From: Promethearchaeota archaeon
Lineage (GTDB): Archaea; Asgardarchaeota; Lokiarchaeia; Sigyniarchaeales; SOKP01
Assembly: GCA_048941285.1 (NCBI GenBank)
Contig: JBHLNS010000018.1
Coordinates: 1-52,450 of the forward strand
Reading direction: 5' to 3'
Length of the DNA: 52,450 bases
Under the pieces are notes generated by a model that was given only the letters and a program-made list of their open reading frames with translations, was not told where the DNA came from and made no database searches. Every line of letters begins with the position of its first letter. The first letter of the stretch is position 1. The translations under genes were made by a program, and so were the position numbers. This document shows, one piece after another, positions 19,074-29,822 of this stretch.

Positions 19074-21713
19074 TTGAATATGGAAGAAGACAAGCTAAAA
19101 TATTATAAACTTGCACGTTATCCCGTTTATGAAGTTTTAATGGAAGGTCAGATTGCTAGCGCTGGTGCTCATCAAGCAAAATTGCTTGAAAAGTTTAAAA
19201 AGAATAGTAAATACATTAAACATCAATATTTAAGCCTTAAATTTGTGTATGCGTTTCTTTTTACAGTTTTACCAGTATTCCCATTAGTCATTTTTTTACA
19301 GAGTGCTGAATATATTAATCTGGGAACACATCCAATTAATACTGTATTTTTTGTATCTTCTATTTCATTAATGTTTTATTTCGGGATGACAGTTCTATAT
19401 ATGTTAATGCTTGGTATGGTTTCAACCAGTTCATTCATGTCTGGTAATTCTTTCAAGTGGTTACAAACTCTTCCTTTTTCTAAAAAAAGCTTGAAAAAAA
19501 TAGGTTTAATGACAATCTTTCGTAACTTAGATATTCCCTTAATTATTCTCATTGCTGGATTTCCTGTGATCACACTTATTGCAACTCAAGATATATTTAT
19601 CTTTTTAATTTCCATTCCAATATCCATAGTTAATGTTTTGTTTAGTTTCAGTATTCTTGTCTTAGTTGGAGAGAAGATGAGTTATCTTTTTTCAGAATCA
19701 AAAACCAAATCAAAAAGAGCGAGTTTAGTTAGGACCATAACTATGCTAGGATACTTCATAATGATGTTTACAACTGGATTTATATTTGGCATTGGAATAA
19801 GTGCTGTTGAGAATCTTTTTGATATTTTTAGTACAACTGAACCTCCTTTTGTGTTAATTATGACTTTAAGTTTAGTTCCTTTCTTACTTGCCCCTGCGTT
19901 TTTAGTTTCATTAGTCAATGTTCAATTTCAAGTACATCCGATTTTAATACTTACAACTTTTACTGGATTTGCATTAAGTATTATAATTACTTGGGTCTTA
20001 TTTAAAACCGCTCAACGTGCATTGCATAGTGCTGTTTCAACTGAAATAAAAATGGAGCGAGTGGAAAGAAGAGAAGTTAAATTTGAAGTAATCTCTACAT
20101 CACCAATTAAAGCATATATACGTAAAGATTTAGTTTCATCAACAAGGGATATCCAATCTTTTATGTTTGTGTTTTTCCCTCTATTTTATCCATTGATAAT
20201 GATTTTTTCAATGATAGGATTATATGGTGATTTAACTTTTTCACCAGAAGTTATATTAATTATATGGTCAATTCTACTTCTATTTTATTTAATCATTCCA
20301 ATAATGCTAGTTGTAGGATTTTTCAATATTGAAGAATCAGGTAGCTCAACAGTAGCGTCATTACCGATTATTCCTCGAGATCAAGCAAAAGCTAAAGTAA
20401 TTATAATGTTAACAATTCAGGGATTATCTCTTGTTCTAGCTTCGGTAGTTCTTACTTTCATAATAAATTCTCTTATAGTAATAATGCTACTATTAATATC
20501 CCTTCCAATTGCTTGGACATTTCTACTTCTTATGTTTTTAATGAAAATTAAATTCTTTGGTCAAATGAAATACAAGTATGTTATCGAAGAGGTAAACAAA
20601 AGAAATAAACCTTTAAAATGGATTGCAATGTTATCGTCTGAATTTGGCTTTTACTTTGTAATTTTGATAACTGGAACCATTCTACTATTAACGTTCGACA
20701 TAATTATAGTTTTAATAGTTTTAGGAGTAATAGGACTCCTTGGATTAACAATAATGGTATTTGCTTTTATCAGGATGTTTCCAAGAGTAGAAAGAATGCC
20801 ATACTATAAAACCGGGGGTTTTTTAAGAAATTATCCGATTCTAGGAGCCATAATTCTAATGATTTTGTATGTAATATTTCAGTGGGTTTCTGTATTTACT
20901 GAAATTTTAGTTTTAATTCTATTCTCAGGTATTATAACAATTAATGACTATGTAACATTATTATTTTTTGATTTCTTTTTCATATTTGGATTTTTAACTC
21001 TTTTATGGTTTCTAGTGGTCCCAAGAGGCATGAAACTTCCTGAAATTAGTAAATCTTTTAAAGATTATGCTAAGAAAATACGCTTAAGCACCACAAAACC
21101 ATTATTAAGAAATGTAATACTCGGGATTGGCTCATTTGTAATATTTAGCATTGTAGTATTATTTGGAGCTGTTACTCTGGGAAATTATGTTTTTGATCCA
21201 TCAATTTTATTTGGTCAACCTAATCCTTACAGATTGGGACTAGCTGGACTTGGCTGGTTTTTATTTATATATATGCTTATTCCTGGGGTTTGGGAAGAGA
21301 TTGCTTTTCGTGGAGTAGCAATTCCTATGCTATTAAAAAAGTATCATGTAAGAAAATCTCTTATAATTAGCAGCGTAATATTTGGATTTGCCCATGCTTT
21401 TAATCTCATTACTTATTCTCTTATTGGAATTGATCCTATTATTGCTTTAATATCCGTTTCATTTCAAGTAATTTATGCTACATTTTTAGGTTATGCCTTT
21501 GGATATATTTTTATTAAAACGAAGAGTCTACTCCCTTGTATAATTTTACATTATTTAATTGATTCCGTCGGACAATTATTTTTTAATACTTTGATTTCTG
21601 ATATTTTTCTAAGAGGTATATTTCTAATTTGCTTTTTAGGTTTATTTCCTGCAATCCTTATCTCACTTTTAGTGAAATTTGTTGTGAAACCTGAATATAG
21701 AATGGTAAATTAG
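19074..21713 (+). CDS. ABC permease fused to a CPBP (CAAX/Abi) intramembrane metalloprotease
   Basis: N-terminal permease-like TM region (WLQTLPF, YIRKDL, ASLPI); C-terminal EEIAFRG, FGFAH and HYLID CPBP motifs. Confidence 0.85.
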   Translation: MNMEEDKLKYYKLARYPVYEVLMEGQIASAGAHQAKLLEKFKKNSKYIKHQYLSLKFVYAFLFTVLPVFPLVIFLQSAEYINLGTHPINTVFFVSSISLMFYFGMTVLYMLMLGMVSTSSFMSGNSFKWLQTLPFSKKSLKKIGLMTIFRNLDIPLIILIAGFPVITLIATQDIFIFLISIPISIVNVLFSFSILVLVGEKMSYLFSESKTKSKRASLVRTITMLGYFIMMFTTGFIFGIGISAVENLFDIFSTTEPPFVLIMTLSLVPFLLAPAFLVSLVNVQFQVHPILILTTFTGFALSIIITWVLFKTAQRALHSAVSTEIKMERVERREVKFEVISTSPIKAYIRKDLVSSTRDIQSFMFVFFPLFYPLIMIFSMIGLYGDLTFSPEVILIIWSILLLFYLIIPIMLVVGFFNIEESGSSTVASLPIIPRDQAKAKVIIMLTIQGLSLVLASVVLTFIINSLIVIMLLLISLPIAWTFLLLMFLMKIKFFGQMKYKYVIEEVNKRNKPLKWIAMLSSEFGFYFVILITGTILLLTFDIIIVLIVLGVIGLLGLTIMVFAFIRMFPRVERMPYYKTGGFLRNYPILGAIILMILYVIFQWVSVFTEILVLILFSGIITINDYVTLLFFDFFFIFGFLTLLWFLVVPRGMKLPEISKSFKDYAKKIRLSTTKPLLRNVILGIGSFVIFSIVVLFGAVTLGNYVFDPSILFGQPNPYRLGLAGLGWFLFIYMLIPGVWEEIAFRGVAIPMLLKKYHVRKSLIISSVIFGFAHAFNLITYSLIGIDPIIALISVSFQVIYATFLGYAFGYIFIKTKSLLPCIILHYLIDSVGQLFFNTLISDIFLRGIFLICFLGLFPAILISLLVKFVVKPEYRMVN

Positions 21714-21767
21714 ACTCATATTTCTTTTTTTTTTATCCACTAACACTAAATGTTAAAACAAGGTATT

Positions 21768-23081
21768 CTATTGATTTTTAGATTCATTAAAGATATAGCC
21801 TATGCAGATTTTTAAAGTATTTTCTAATACTCCCTTTTCAATTTTATCTGGAGTATCAGTCTCTTGATGGTAAAACTGTACCATCTTTAGTAAATTTAAA
21901 CCTGTAATAGTACTTGCTTTTATATTTGATTTTGAGAAAGCAGCGGCATCAGTGCCGCCTCCAATTAAACCCACAATATTTTCAAGAAAACTTCCTCCAC
22001 CTAAACCAGCAATTTTTACTTTTACACCAACTAGATCAGCGGCATTAATAAGTTTTTGGACAACTATATCACTATGGATAGTACGAGTTGTGGGTTCTTT
22101 ATCTGAAAATGTAAGATAATCTGTACTTTGAATTGCATCTAAATTAATGCATTCAGCATCAAATTGCTTCAATTCCTCTAAATGAGCTTCAACATAACGG
22201 AACGCCCCCCTTAAGAATGCCTCTTCTGATCCAAATGAAATTAGTCTCACTTCTGTATTTTTTGGTATCAAATCTTTATTATTTTTTATGTATCGTCCGA
22301 GTCCAAGCACTATTGCTACTGCACTTAAATTGTCAACTGCACCAGGAACCTTATTAGCTTTTTCGCCAGGAGTTACAAAGAAAAATAATGCTACTATGGG
22401 TATCGCTCCAATTATTAATAACCAAATTGCTATATTAAAAAATATACCGTAAAGTAATGTAAGATTTATAGAAAATGCAAAAATAGAAAGAATCACGAAA
22501 AGAATGGAACATAATAACCAAAAAAACATAATACCTAAACCTATAAAAATAATTAGCACATATCCATATTTTAAATGTCTCAGCAGATTAAATTGTAAAG
22601 CACTATCATGATGCCCAGAAAAAATTAAGATCTTTTTAGTTTCACCTTCAGGTTTTATCTTTCCTATAACATTTTGAGACTCCTTTTTCTTAAAAATTGG
22701 ATCAATAAACTCCTTATAACTAAAAAATTCTTCCCAAGCAATTAAAACTGCTAAAAAGACTAAAGTTACTGCTAAAATTGAAACTATATATACCCAATTT
22801 GAATATAGGAACATTTGGATTAAAAAAAATAAGCAAAACGATGATAAAACCAAAATTATTGCAATTTTTATCCACCCAAGAGCAGCACGTGGATGACATG
22901 TGAAAGGTTCAATGCTAACCTCATCACATGTTTGTTCTAGCTCACTTTTAATAATTTCGGCAGATTTTGCTTCTTGAGGACTGCATGGCATTCGAGGACC
23001 GCATTCATCTATTATCTTTTGTATTATATTATACATATAGTCAGAATCCTTTTTTGTAATTTCAAGTTCTATATGACTCAC
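21768..23081 (-). CDS. M28 family metallopeptidase with inserted TM helices
   Basis: SQNVIG, SGHHDS, GAVDNLSAV, GSEEAFLRG, GTDA, YHQETD motifs. Confidence 0.88.
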   Translation of the reverse strand: MSHIELEITKKDSDYMYNIIQKIIDECGPRMPCSPQEAKSAEIIKSELEQTCDEVSIEPFTCHPRAALGWIKIAIILVLSSFCLFFLIQMFLYSNWVYIVSILAVTLVFLAVLIAWEEFFSYKEFIDPIFKKKESQNVIGKIKPEGETKKILIFSGHHDSALQFNLLRHLKYGYVLIIFIGLGIMFFWLLCSILFVILSIFAFSINLTLLYGIFFNIAIWLLIIGAIPIVALFFFVTPGEKANKVPGAVDNLSAVAIVLGLGRYIKNNKDLIPKNTEVRLISFGSEEAFLRGAFRYVEAHLEELKQFDAECINLDAIQSTDYLTFSDKEPTTRTIHSDIVVQKLINAADLVGVKVKIAGLGGGSFLENIVGLIGGGTDAAAFSKSNIKASTITGLNLLKMVQFYHQETDTPDKIEKGVLENTLKICIGYIFNESKNQ

Positions 23082-23135
23082 CTTTAGTTTAATCTAAATG
23101 ATAAAAATTTTAAAATCTTAAAAACATAATCATGA

Positions 23136-23864
23136 ATGAAGGAAATGAAGATGTTGAAAAATCAGTATGTTTGCCTGAATTGCGGTTATAACATGGTAAA
23201 TTTTTATCCTGATGCTTGTCCATTGTGTGGTTTTTCCAAGAAACATTTTATTACTGCAGAAGAGGCATCTCGCAAGTATAGAATTCTGAGTACTGAGGTC
23301 AATGATAAAGTAATTCGTTTAAATTCTTATCCAAATATAGGACTTGAGCATTCAGCATATTGTATAAATATAGAAGGGAAAAGGATCTGGATCGATTGTC
23401 CTTCTATTTTTAGTAAAGAATTAGAACCTATGGATAAGATCATTTTTACACACAATCATTTCTTAGGAGCAGCCAATTTATATAGAAATTATTTTACAGC
23501 TTTCATTTGGATCCATAAAAAGGATTCAGAACATATGCTTGCTGCTCACCACCCGTTTGATAAAAAATTTGAACAAGATTTTAAACTTATGGGAATTGAA
23601 GCTTTTCATATAAATGGTCATACCCCAGGATTTACATTTTATATTTTTGAAAAAACTCTTTTTATTTGTGATTATATGATATTAAGAGATCAGAAATTTA
23701 TATTAAATCCTTATGGTCCATTCAATTTAACTAAAGAAGGGGCGCAAAAGTTAATAATTTTAATTAAAAATAAGGAATTAGATGAAGTCTGCGGGGTCAA
23801 TTATGTAATGGATTATGAAAAATGGAGAGAGAAATTCCTAAAGCTTATTTCTTCATGGTATTGA
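23136..23864 (+). CDS. Rubredoxin-like domain fused to an MBL-fold domain
   Basis: CLNCGY..CPLCG at the N-terminus; WIDCP, FTHNH, GHTPG, FICD. Confidence 0.75.
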   Translation: MKEMKMLKNQYVCLNCGYNMVNFYPDACPLCGFSKKHFITAEEASRKYRILSTEVNDKVIRLNSYPNIGLEHSAYCINIEGKRIWIDCPSIFSKELEPMDKIIFTHNHFLGAANLYRNYFTAFIWIHKKDSEHMLAAHHPFDKKFEQDFKLMGIEAFHINGHTPGFTFYIFEKTLFICDYMILRDQKFILNPYGPFNLTKEGAQKLIILIKNKELDEVCGVNYVMDYEKWREKFLKLISSWY

Positions 23865-24004
23865 TTGTAATTCTTAAGTGTTATATAAATACTTTTGGTT
23901 GAACTTATCTAACTAATTTTTTTCTAGAAAAAGTAAAAAAAAGATCCTAAATTATCTTAAAAAGTTATCTTAAATCAAAATTAAATATAAAAAAGTGAAC
24001 TAAG

Positions 24005-24787
24005 ATGGATTATGGGATGCGAAATAGGTTATCAAGAATAATAAAACCAAGATCAGGTCATTGTGTAATGTTAGCTGTAGATCATGGTTATTTTGGAAAT
24101 GTACCTGGGCAATTAAAATGTTTTGGCGATTTAAATCCATTATTTGAATATGCTGATGCATTAATGTTAACACGTGGGATGTTGAGAAGTTGTGTTGATC
24201 CGAATATTGATATACCTATTGTGCTAAGAGTTTCGGCGGGAGCTAGCATGTTAAAAGAACTCTCAAATGAAGAAATAAATGTAACCATTGAAGATGCAAT
24301 AAGATTAAACGTTTCAGCAATTACGTGTTCAATTTTCGTTGGAGGAGAGTTTGAAAAACAAAGTTTGATGAATTTATCAAAACTTGTGAATTGGGGGCAG
24401 GAATATGGAATTCCAACATTAGCAGTCACAGCAGTAGGTAGAGAAATGGTTAGAGATGATAGATATTTAGGTATGGCTAGTAGAATGGCAGCAGAAATGG
24501 GTGCTACATTTGTAAAGACTTACTATTGTGAAAATTTCGAAAATGTAACAAGTATTTGTCCTGTCCCAATTGTGATTGCAGGTGGTAAAAAGATTGAGGA
24601 AAAGGAAGCATTACAAATGTCTAAGAATGCGATTGATGCAGGGGCTGTTGGAGTGGATATGGGAAGAAATATTTTCCAAAGCGATTCTCCAATTGGAATG
24701 ATTAAAGCTGTTAGAGCAATTGTTCATGAAAATGCCTCAGTTGATGATGCTTTTCAAATTTATAAACAAGGACCTAAAGGGTTATAA
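24005..24787 (+). CDS. lsrF: LsrF-like class I aldolase/thiolase (DhnA family)
   Basis: MDYGMRNRLSRI, MLAVDHGYF, FVKTYY Schiff-base Lys, IAGGKK, GVDMGRNIFQS. Confidence 0.85.
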   Translation: MDYGMRNRLSRIIKPRSGHCVMLAVDHGYFGNVPGQLKCFGDLNPLFEYADALMLTRGMLRSCVDPNIDIPIVLRVSAGASMLKELSNEEINVTIEDAIRLNVSAITCSIFVGGEFEKQSLMNLSKLVNWGQEYGIPTLAVTAVGREMVRDDRYLGMASRMAAEMGATFVKTYYCENFENVTSICPVPIVIAGGKKIEEKEALQMSKNAIDAGAVGVDMGRNIFQSDSPIGMIKAVRAIVHENASVDDAFQIYKQGPKGL

Positions 24788-24788
24788 T

Positions 24789-24808
24789 TCTTTTTTTATT
24801 TTTTTTAT
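24789..24808 (+). terminator. Oligo-T archaeal-type terminator
   Basis: Two long T runs immediately after the lsrF stop codon. Confidence 0.4.
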
Positions 24809-24917
24809 TCGTAAGAGATTATCAGAAGATATAAGGAACTTTTTTAAAGTCAACTTATTAAAGTTTAATTTATTTTTTAATGCAATTGGGTTAAAATATG
24901 AATAGATTATTTTTTTA

Positions 24918-25877
24918 ATGACTCTTCCAAAAATAGATAATCTTGAATTCAAGGAACTAACAGAGGATATATTACTTGTTCACCAAATAAAAACACCATA
25001 TTATTTTTCTTGCTGTGATGGACTTATTATATTACCTAAAAATGGAAGGAATTCAAGATCAATAGTCCTAGACCTAAATATTGAACCTAATTTAATTAAA
25101 AAAATCGATGAAATTTATGGTCCAGCATCCAATTATATCAGTACACATTCACACATGGATCATATAGCTCACATACATCAATGGGAATCATTAGGTGCTA
25201 TAATTCATGCCCCGATCCCAGAACATACATATTTATTGGATATTTACAATTTTTATAAAGGATTTGGTTTCAATAAAGTCATGGATTTCTCAATAGTAAA
25301 AAGGTTCGGAGAATTAAATGGATATCAAAAATGCTATAATGTTAATCCTTTTAACCCAGGCGATATCTTAAAATTTGAAGATTTTTTAATTGAAACAATT
25401 CCATTTCTAGGTCATTCCAAAGCTCACATCGGATTCTATCTTCCGGAAGAGAAAATAATTCATATCAGCTGTCTAGGTTTCGATCAACGTAAACCAGGCG
25501 GTGATGGATTTGGCCCATGGTATGGATTTAGGGAATGTTCACTTAAACAATATCAGAAAGATATCGATATTGCTGAGTCGATTTTTCTAGAAAAAGCTGA
25601 TTTTTTGACTTCAAGCCATTCTTATATTGTTAAGAACCCAGATCTCACCCCATTTACTTATATGAGAGATAAAATAGCGAAAAATCAAATTAAAGTAGAT
25701 CAAGCAATAATTTCACTTAAACTATCCAATAAATCTCAAATTCTTATTCAGGATCTCCTTGAATTGGATATTTTTTTCCCAAAAAGAAAGATGACCGGAT
25801 TCATGTTAGAAATCTATAATTATTGGGAATCTGGAATCATATCTAAACATGTGGAGAGAAGTAAATATTTAAAATAA
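24918..25877 (+). CDS. MBL-fold metallo-hydrolase
   Basis: STHSHMDH, GHSKAH, SSH motifs. Confidence 0.88.
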   Translation: MTLPKIDNLEFKELTEDILLVHQIKTPYYFSCCDGLIILPKNGRNSRSIVLDLNIEPNLIKKIDEIYGPASNYISTHSHMDHIAHIHQWESLGAIIHAPIPEHTYLLDIYNFYKGFGFNKVMDFSIVKRFGELNGYQKCYNVNPFNPGDILKFEDFLIETIPFLGHSKAHIGFYLPEEKIIHISCLGFDQRKPGGDGFGPWYGFRECSLKQYQKDIDIAESIFLEKADFLTSSHSYIVKNPDLTPFTYMRDKIAKNQIKVDQAIISLKLSNKSQILIQDLLELDIFFPKRKMTGFMLEIYNYWESGIISKHVERSKYLK

Positions 25878-25892
25878 ATTATATGTTTTTTA

Positions 25893-26942
25893 TTATTCTT
25901 TATCAGGGAATAAGATTACTTTAATAGATTCACCAGCTTCACAGACTACCTTAAATGCTTCTTGAGCTTTACTAAATGGGAATCTGTGTGTAACTAAGTC
26001 TATTACATTTATTCGCTTTGAAAGAATCCAATTATATGCCTCATCAAGATCTTCTGGTGCTGCGCCATAAGAAGTCATTATCGTGATTTCATTTCTCCAA
26101 TATTGATTTATAGGAACATTAAGGTTGACCCAAGGCTCTGGAACCGCAAAAAATATAATTTTACCTCCTGGAGCGACACATTCTAGAGCTTGGTTTGCGG
26201 CTGATACAGCTCCTGTACACACTATAACGATATCAGCCAATCTAAATTTATTTATTTCCTTTAATTTAGTAGGCAAATCTATATTTGCGCGAAAGATTTC
26301 ATCAGATCCAAATTCTTTTGCTTTTTGAAGACGAAATTCATTAATATCAGTGGCAATAACCTTTTTTGCCCCTCGAAGCTTTGCTAATTTGATATGTAAA
26401 AGACCAGAGGCTCCACATCCTAAAACCAAAACGGTCAAACCCTTTTTAATATTTGCTAAACGTTGTGCACGGCACACGCAACCTAGTGGTTCAATGAAGA
26501 CAGCTTCCTCATAAGAAATATTTTTATCCAATAAATAAACTCCTTTTTTTTCAATGTTGATTTTTGGTACTCTAATGTATTCAGCAAAACCTCCGGGATC
26601 AAAATTTGTATTATGAAGTAAATTGCATGCTGTGTGATGCCCTTGTTTACAATAATGGCATTCAAAACAAGGTACATGATGAGATACGAACACACGATCT
26701 CCAATCTTAAATTGTTTGATTGATTCACTTATTTCTACAATTTCTCCAGCAATTTCATGACCTAGAATTAAGGAATCCACTCCTAATTTTTTCATCTTCG
26801 CTTTTCGATAATATTCTAAAATGTCTGAGCCACATATGCCTGATTTTTTTACCTTAACCAAGAATTCTCCTTCATCGATTAATGGTTTACGTATTTCATC
26901 AGTTCTTATATCATCATTACTATAATATCGAACCACTCTCAT
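25893..26942 (-). CDS. Zn-dependent alcohol/polyol dehydrogenase (MDR family)
   Basis: GICGSD, LGHEIAG, CFECHYC..C structural Zn site, EPLGC, GCGASG. Confidence 0.92.
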   Translation of the reverse strand: MRVVRYYSNDDIRTDEIRKPLIDEGEFLVKVKKSGICGSDILEYYRKAKMKKLGVDSLILGHEIAGEIVEISESIKQFKIGDRVFVSHHVPCFECHYCKQGHHTACNLLHNTNFDPGGFAEYIRVPKINIEKKGVYLLDKNISYEEAVFIEPLGCVCRAQRLANIKKGLTVLVLGCGASGLLHIKLAKLRGAKKVIATDINEFRLQKAKEFGSDEIFRANIDLPTKLKEINKFRLADIVIVCTGAVSAANQALECVAPGGKIIFFAVPEPWVNLNVPINQYWRNEITIMTSYGAAPEDLDEAYNWILSKRINVIDLVTHRFPFSKAQEAFKVVCEAGESIKVILFPDKE

Positions 26943-27106
26943 TATCTAAATACTCAAAATCAATAATTAAAATATATTTTATCTGAAGTTATTTATAAAT
27001 TTTGAATTAAGCATATTTTATAGATTTTTATGTAAAATGAAGTCAGAGATAATTCTTACTACAGAAATAAATATGAGAAAAAGGGAAATTAATAAAATAA
27101 TATTAA

Positions 27107-27748
27107 TTATTTCGCAAATCTTCTTCGCAGTAATTTAAATGCAATATCAGTTCCCATTCCTTGATTATATGCTAATTCAATCCAAAGCATAGCTAGAGGT
27201 TCGATAAGGCTGGCGTTTTTGAGTGGTCCCGCATCGATAACCTCAAACCCTAAATCAATCCCCAATTGTTTTGCTGTTGATTTTGCACCTAAATCATCTC
27301 CGCAAATAAATAAACTTGCTTGTTGGGAACCAAATTGTAATTTATCTAAACTCTCTACTCCAATTGTATGAACAGCTTTTATTACTTTAGCGCCTGTTGC
27401 CCATTTTGCAACTTTTTCTGCTGCTGAAGGAGAAACTCTTATTAATGAACCTCCTAAAGGGGGAGCCGTTGTAGTTGTCGAATCTACAATAATCTTATTA
27501 TTAAAATCTCCGGCTTCTTTTATTGATTCTTTTGCTCCTGACCATGGAACAGCTAGAATAATAATATCACCAAATTTTACAGCATCTGCATAAGTTCCAC
27601 CTTTGGCATTAGATCCAATTGAATTAGCTAATTTTTTAGCCTTTTGAGGATCACGTGATCCTAACATAATCTCATGCCCCTTTTTTACCCAAATTTTACT
27701 TAGAGTACTCCCTAATCTTCCTGTCCCGCCAATTATCCCAATTTTCAT
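27107..27748 (-). CDS. NADPH-dependent F420 reductase family oxidoreductase
   Basis: MKIGIIGGTGRLG (likely start 27748), GSRDP, LAVPW, CGDD, DAGPL. Confidence 0.85.
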   Translation of the reverse strand: MKIGIIGGTGRLGSTLSKIWVKKGHEIMLGSRDPQKAKKLANSIGSNAKGGTYADAVKFGDIIILAVPWSGAKESIKEAGDFNNKIIVDSTTTTAPPLGGSLIRVSPSAAEKVAKWATGAKVIKAVHTIGVESLDKLQFGSQQASLFICGDDLGAKSTAKQLGIDLGFEVIDAGPLKNASLIEPLAMLWIELAYNQGMGTDIAFKLLRRRFAK

Positions 27749-27923
27749 AAAAAAACACTCTGTATGTAATATTAAGAAATTTAGTAAAGATAATTCATAT
27801 TTTACTGTGTTAATTGTGTCATTGAATAACATATACCTTTATATATTTAAATCTTAGTCTGAAAAAGAATTCAGTCCTTTAATCTTGAAAATTAAAAAAA
27901 AAAGATTAATTAAAAAAATAGAT

Positions 27924-28130
27924 TTATTGGTGTTTATTATTAGATTTACTTCTGATGAGCATTTTAAAGCTTTCGTCATCAAGGTCTTTGAACATTTTTA
28001 ATTCATTTGTTAAAAAATCATCCAATGCTATTCTTATTGCCTCACTTCTGGAAGGATATACACCCATATCATTTAATATTTGAATAGCTTGTAAATATTT
28101 CTCTGGTAAATTTATTGTGATAATCTTCAT
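27924..28130 (-). CDS. Ribbon-helix-helix (CopG/NikR-like) DNA-binding protein
   Basis: MKIITINLPE..L..G.YPSRSEAIRIAL pattern. Confidence 0.9.
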   Translation of the reverse strand: MKIITINLPEKYLQAIQILNDMGVYPSRSEAIRIALDDFLTNELKMFKDLDDESFKMLIRSKSNNKHQ

Positions 28131-28351
28131 TTTACACAACCCTTTTTATAAAAAAACAAACTTTTTCTGATAACTCAGTTTTATACTTAATAAATTTTGT
28201 CGGATGGTTTATAAATTGATAATATTAATCCTTTAATGGTATTAATCATTTAATAGCTAACGAATATGCTTCAATCAAATGTATTATGAAAGCGTAATGA
28301 TATTAACGCCCTAATATGTATTTTAAAAATTAAAACAAAAATAATTAGTAA

Positions 28352-29113
28352 TTATTGTGGTTTTGAAAATGATTTTACATGTAAAATTAATGAAAAAACC
28401 GATTTATACAGTTCTGCATGACCAACTTCTTTTATATCGTTTAAATATTTAATTGAATAATCTTCCTCTCGCTTTAAATAAGTTTTGCCTTTTGTTTTGT
28501 GTTCTTTATCAAAAAATACATCAATTTTTAATTCTTTTTGATCTAGGCGAGTAGGCATCTGAGGCATCATATTGAAGGTAAAAGCTAAATCAGGTTCAGA
28601 TTCATTAATAGCATCAACAATAAAGAGTATATTTGGTTCTGCGACTGCTAGGAAACTCTCTAGTGAGTGAAAAATATCATCTACTTCAATAGATAATTTC
28701 GAATTTCCATCTATATCAAAAGTACTACAATCACTTATTTTTGGTAAAAGAAATTTTTCCTTACCCCGAAACGCGAGACTCATTTCATTAGGATTTAAGA
28801 AATTTTTGATAATTGGGTCGTCCTTGTCTAAAATAAATTTATCTGAAATAATCTTATTTTTTACATAAATTATTAAGGATCCCGCTGAGATTAAATTGAT
28901 TTTTTGATAGTAAATATTAAAAATAGGATTGTAGGGTAAATTAATGATTTCTTTATTACCACCAAACCCTAATTGAGCTAAAAGATTAGTTGGAACTTGA
29001 CTAGTTAAGGTAAACAATAAGAAAGATCTAAAATCTCTCAATTCAATATAATTAGAGAATTGTGCAAAATTTTTCTTTACTTCATTTACTTTTTCTATTA
29101 ATTCATTAGACAT
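28352..29113 (-). CDS. Hypothetical protein
   Basis: 253 aa ORF with normal composition; no family recognised. Confidence 0.75.
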   Translation of the reverse strand: MSNELIEKVNEVKKNFAQFSNYIELRDFRSFLLFTLTSQVPTNLLAQLGFGGNKEIINLPYNPIFNIYYQKINLISAGSLIIYVKNKIISDKFILDKDDPIIKNFLNPNEMSLAFRGKEKFLLPKISDCSTFDIDGNSKLSIEVDDIFHSLESFLAVAEPNILFIVDAINESEPDLAFTFNMMPQMPTRLDQKELKIDVFFDKEHKTKGKTYLKREEDYSIKYLNDIKEVGHAELYKSVFSLILHVKSFSKPQ

Positions 29114-29178
29114 TTTTATTATCTTTAAGAATAAAATTTAGGTTAGTTGTATGATGGAATTAACTATTATAATTAAAT

Positions 29179-29601
29179 CTAATCATCTATATATTTTGAA
29201 AGAAATTCTTCTAACGATTTCTTGACGTCCCGGGTAATGTGATGTTCTATTTCGCATGATAGCTTCTCGATAGTCTTTTCGTCTTCTATTCTCAAAACTT
29301 TTGAAAAAAATTGGTAAAGGAGTGCGTGAATTTCGTTCAATTGTCTCGCAATTTTTTTACCTTCTTCGGTTAACCTTATAGCTTTTCTGGGTTCCCAATT
29401 AATCAATCCTTTATTTTTTAATTTTTCTAACATACCTGTGACAGATGCAGGTTCAACACCAAGACTCTCTGCAATCTCACTGTTTGAAACCCAACCGCCT
29501 TTTTTAGATCGTGAGATAACATAGATTTCATCTAAATATCTTTGATAACTTTCAGGAATTTCAGATATTTTTGAATTTAATCTCAGACTTTTTTTCTGCA
29601 T
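29179..29601 (-). CDS. DtxR/MntR family metal-dependent transcriptional regulator
   Basis: YLDEIY, IAESLGVEPASVTGML HTH, LTEEG, CEIEHH. Confidence 0.92.
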   Translation of the reverse strand: MQKKSLRLNSKISEIPESYQRYLDEIYVISRSKKGGWVSNSEIAESLGVEPASVTGMLEKLKNKGLINWEPRKAIRLTEEGKKIARQLNEIHALLYQFFSKVLRIEDEKTIEKLSCEIEHHITRDVKKSLEEFLSKYIDD

Positions 29602-29822
29602 CTCTCAGTTATAGAATTGAATAATTTCAATAAAAATATTTTTTCTTCAAAATTGTTAATACTAATTATTATTCTCAATTTATCTTTTTTTATCATTTTT
29701 CTTTCTTTAAATAAATTGAAGATTTTTAACTAATCCAATAATATAAAGAAATTAAAGATTTTATATTATAGTTGTTCCTTTTATGATTATATTTCATTTA
29801 ATTTTTTCCTTATAATAAATAA

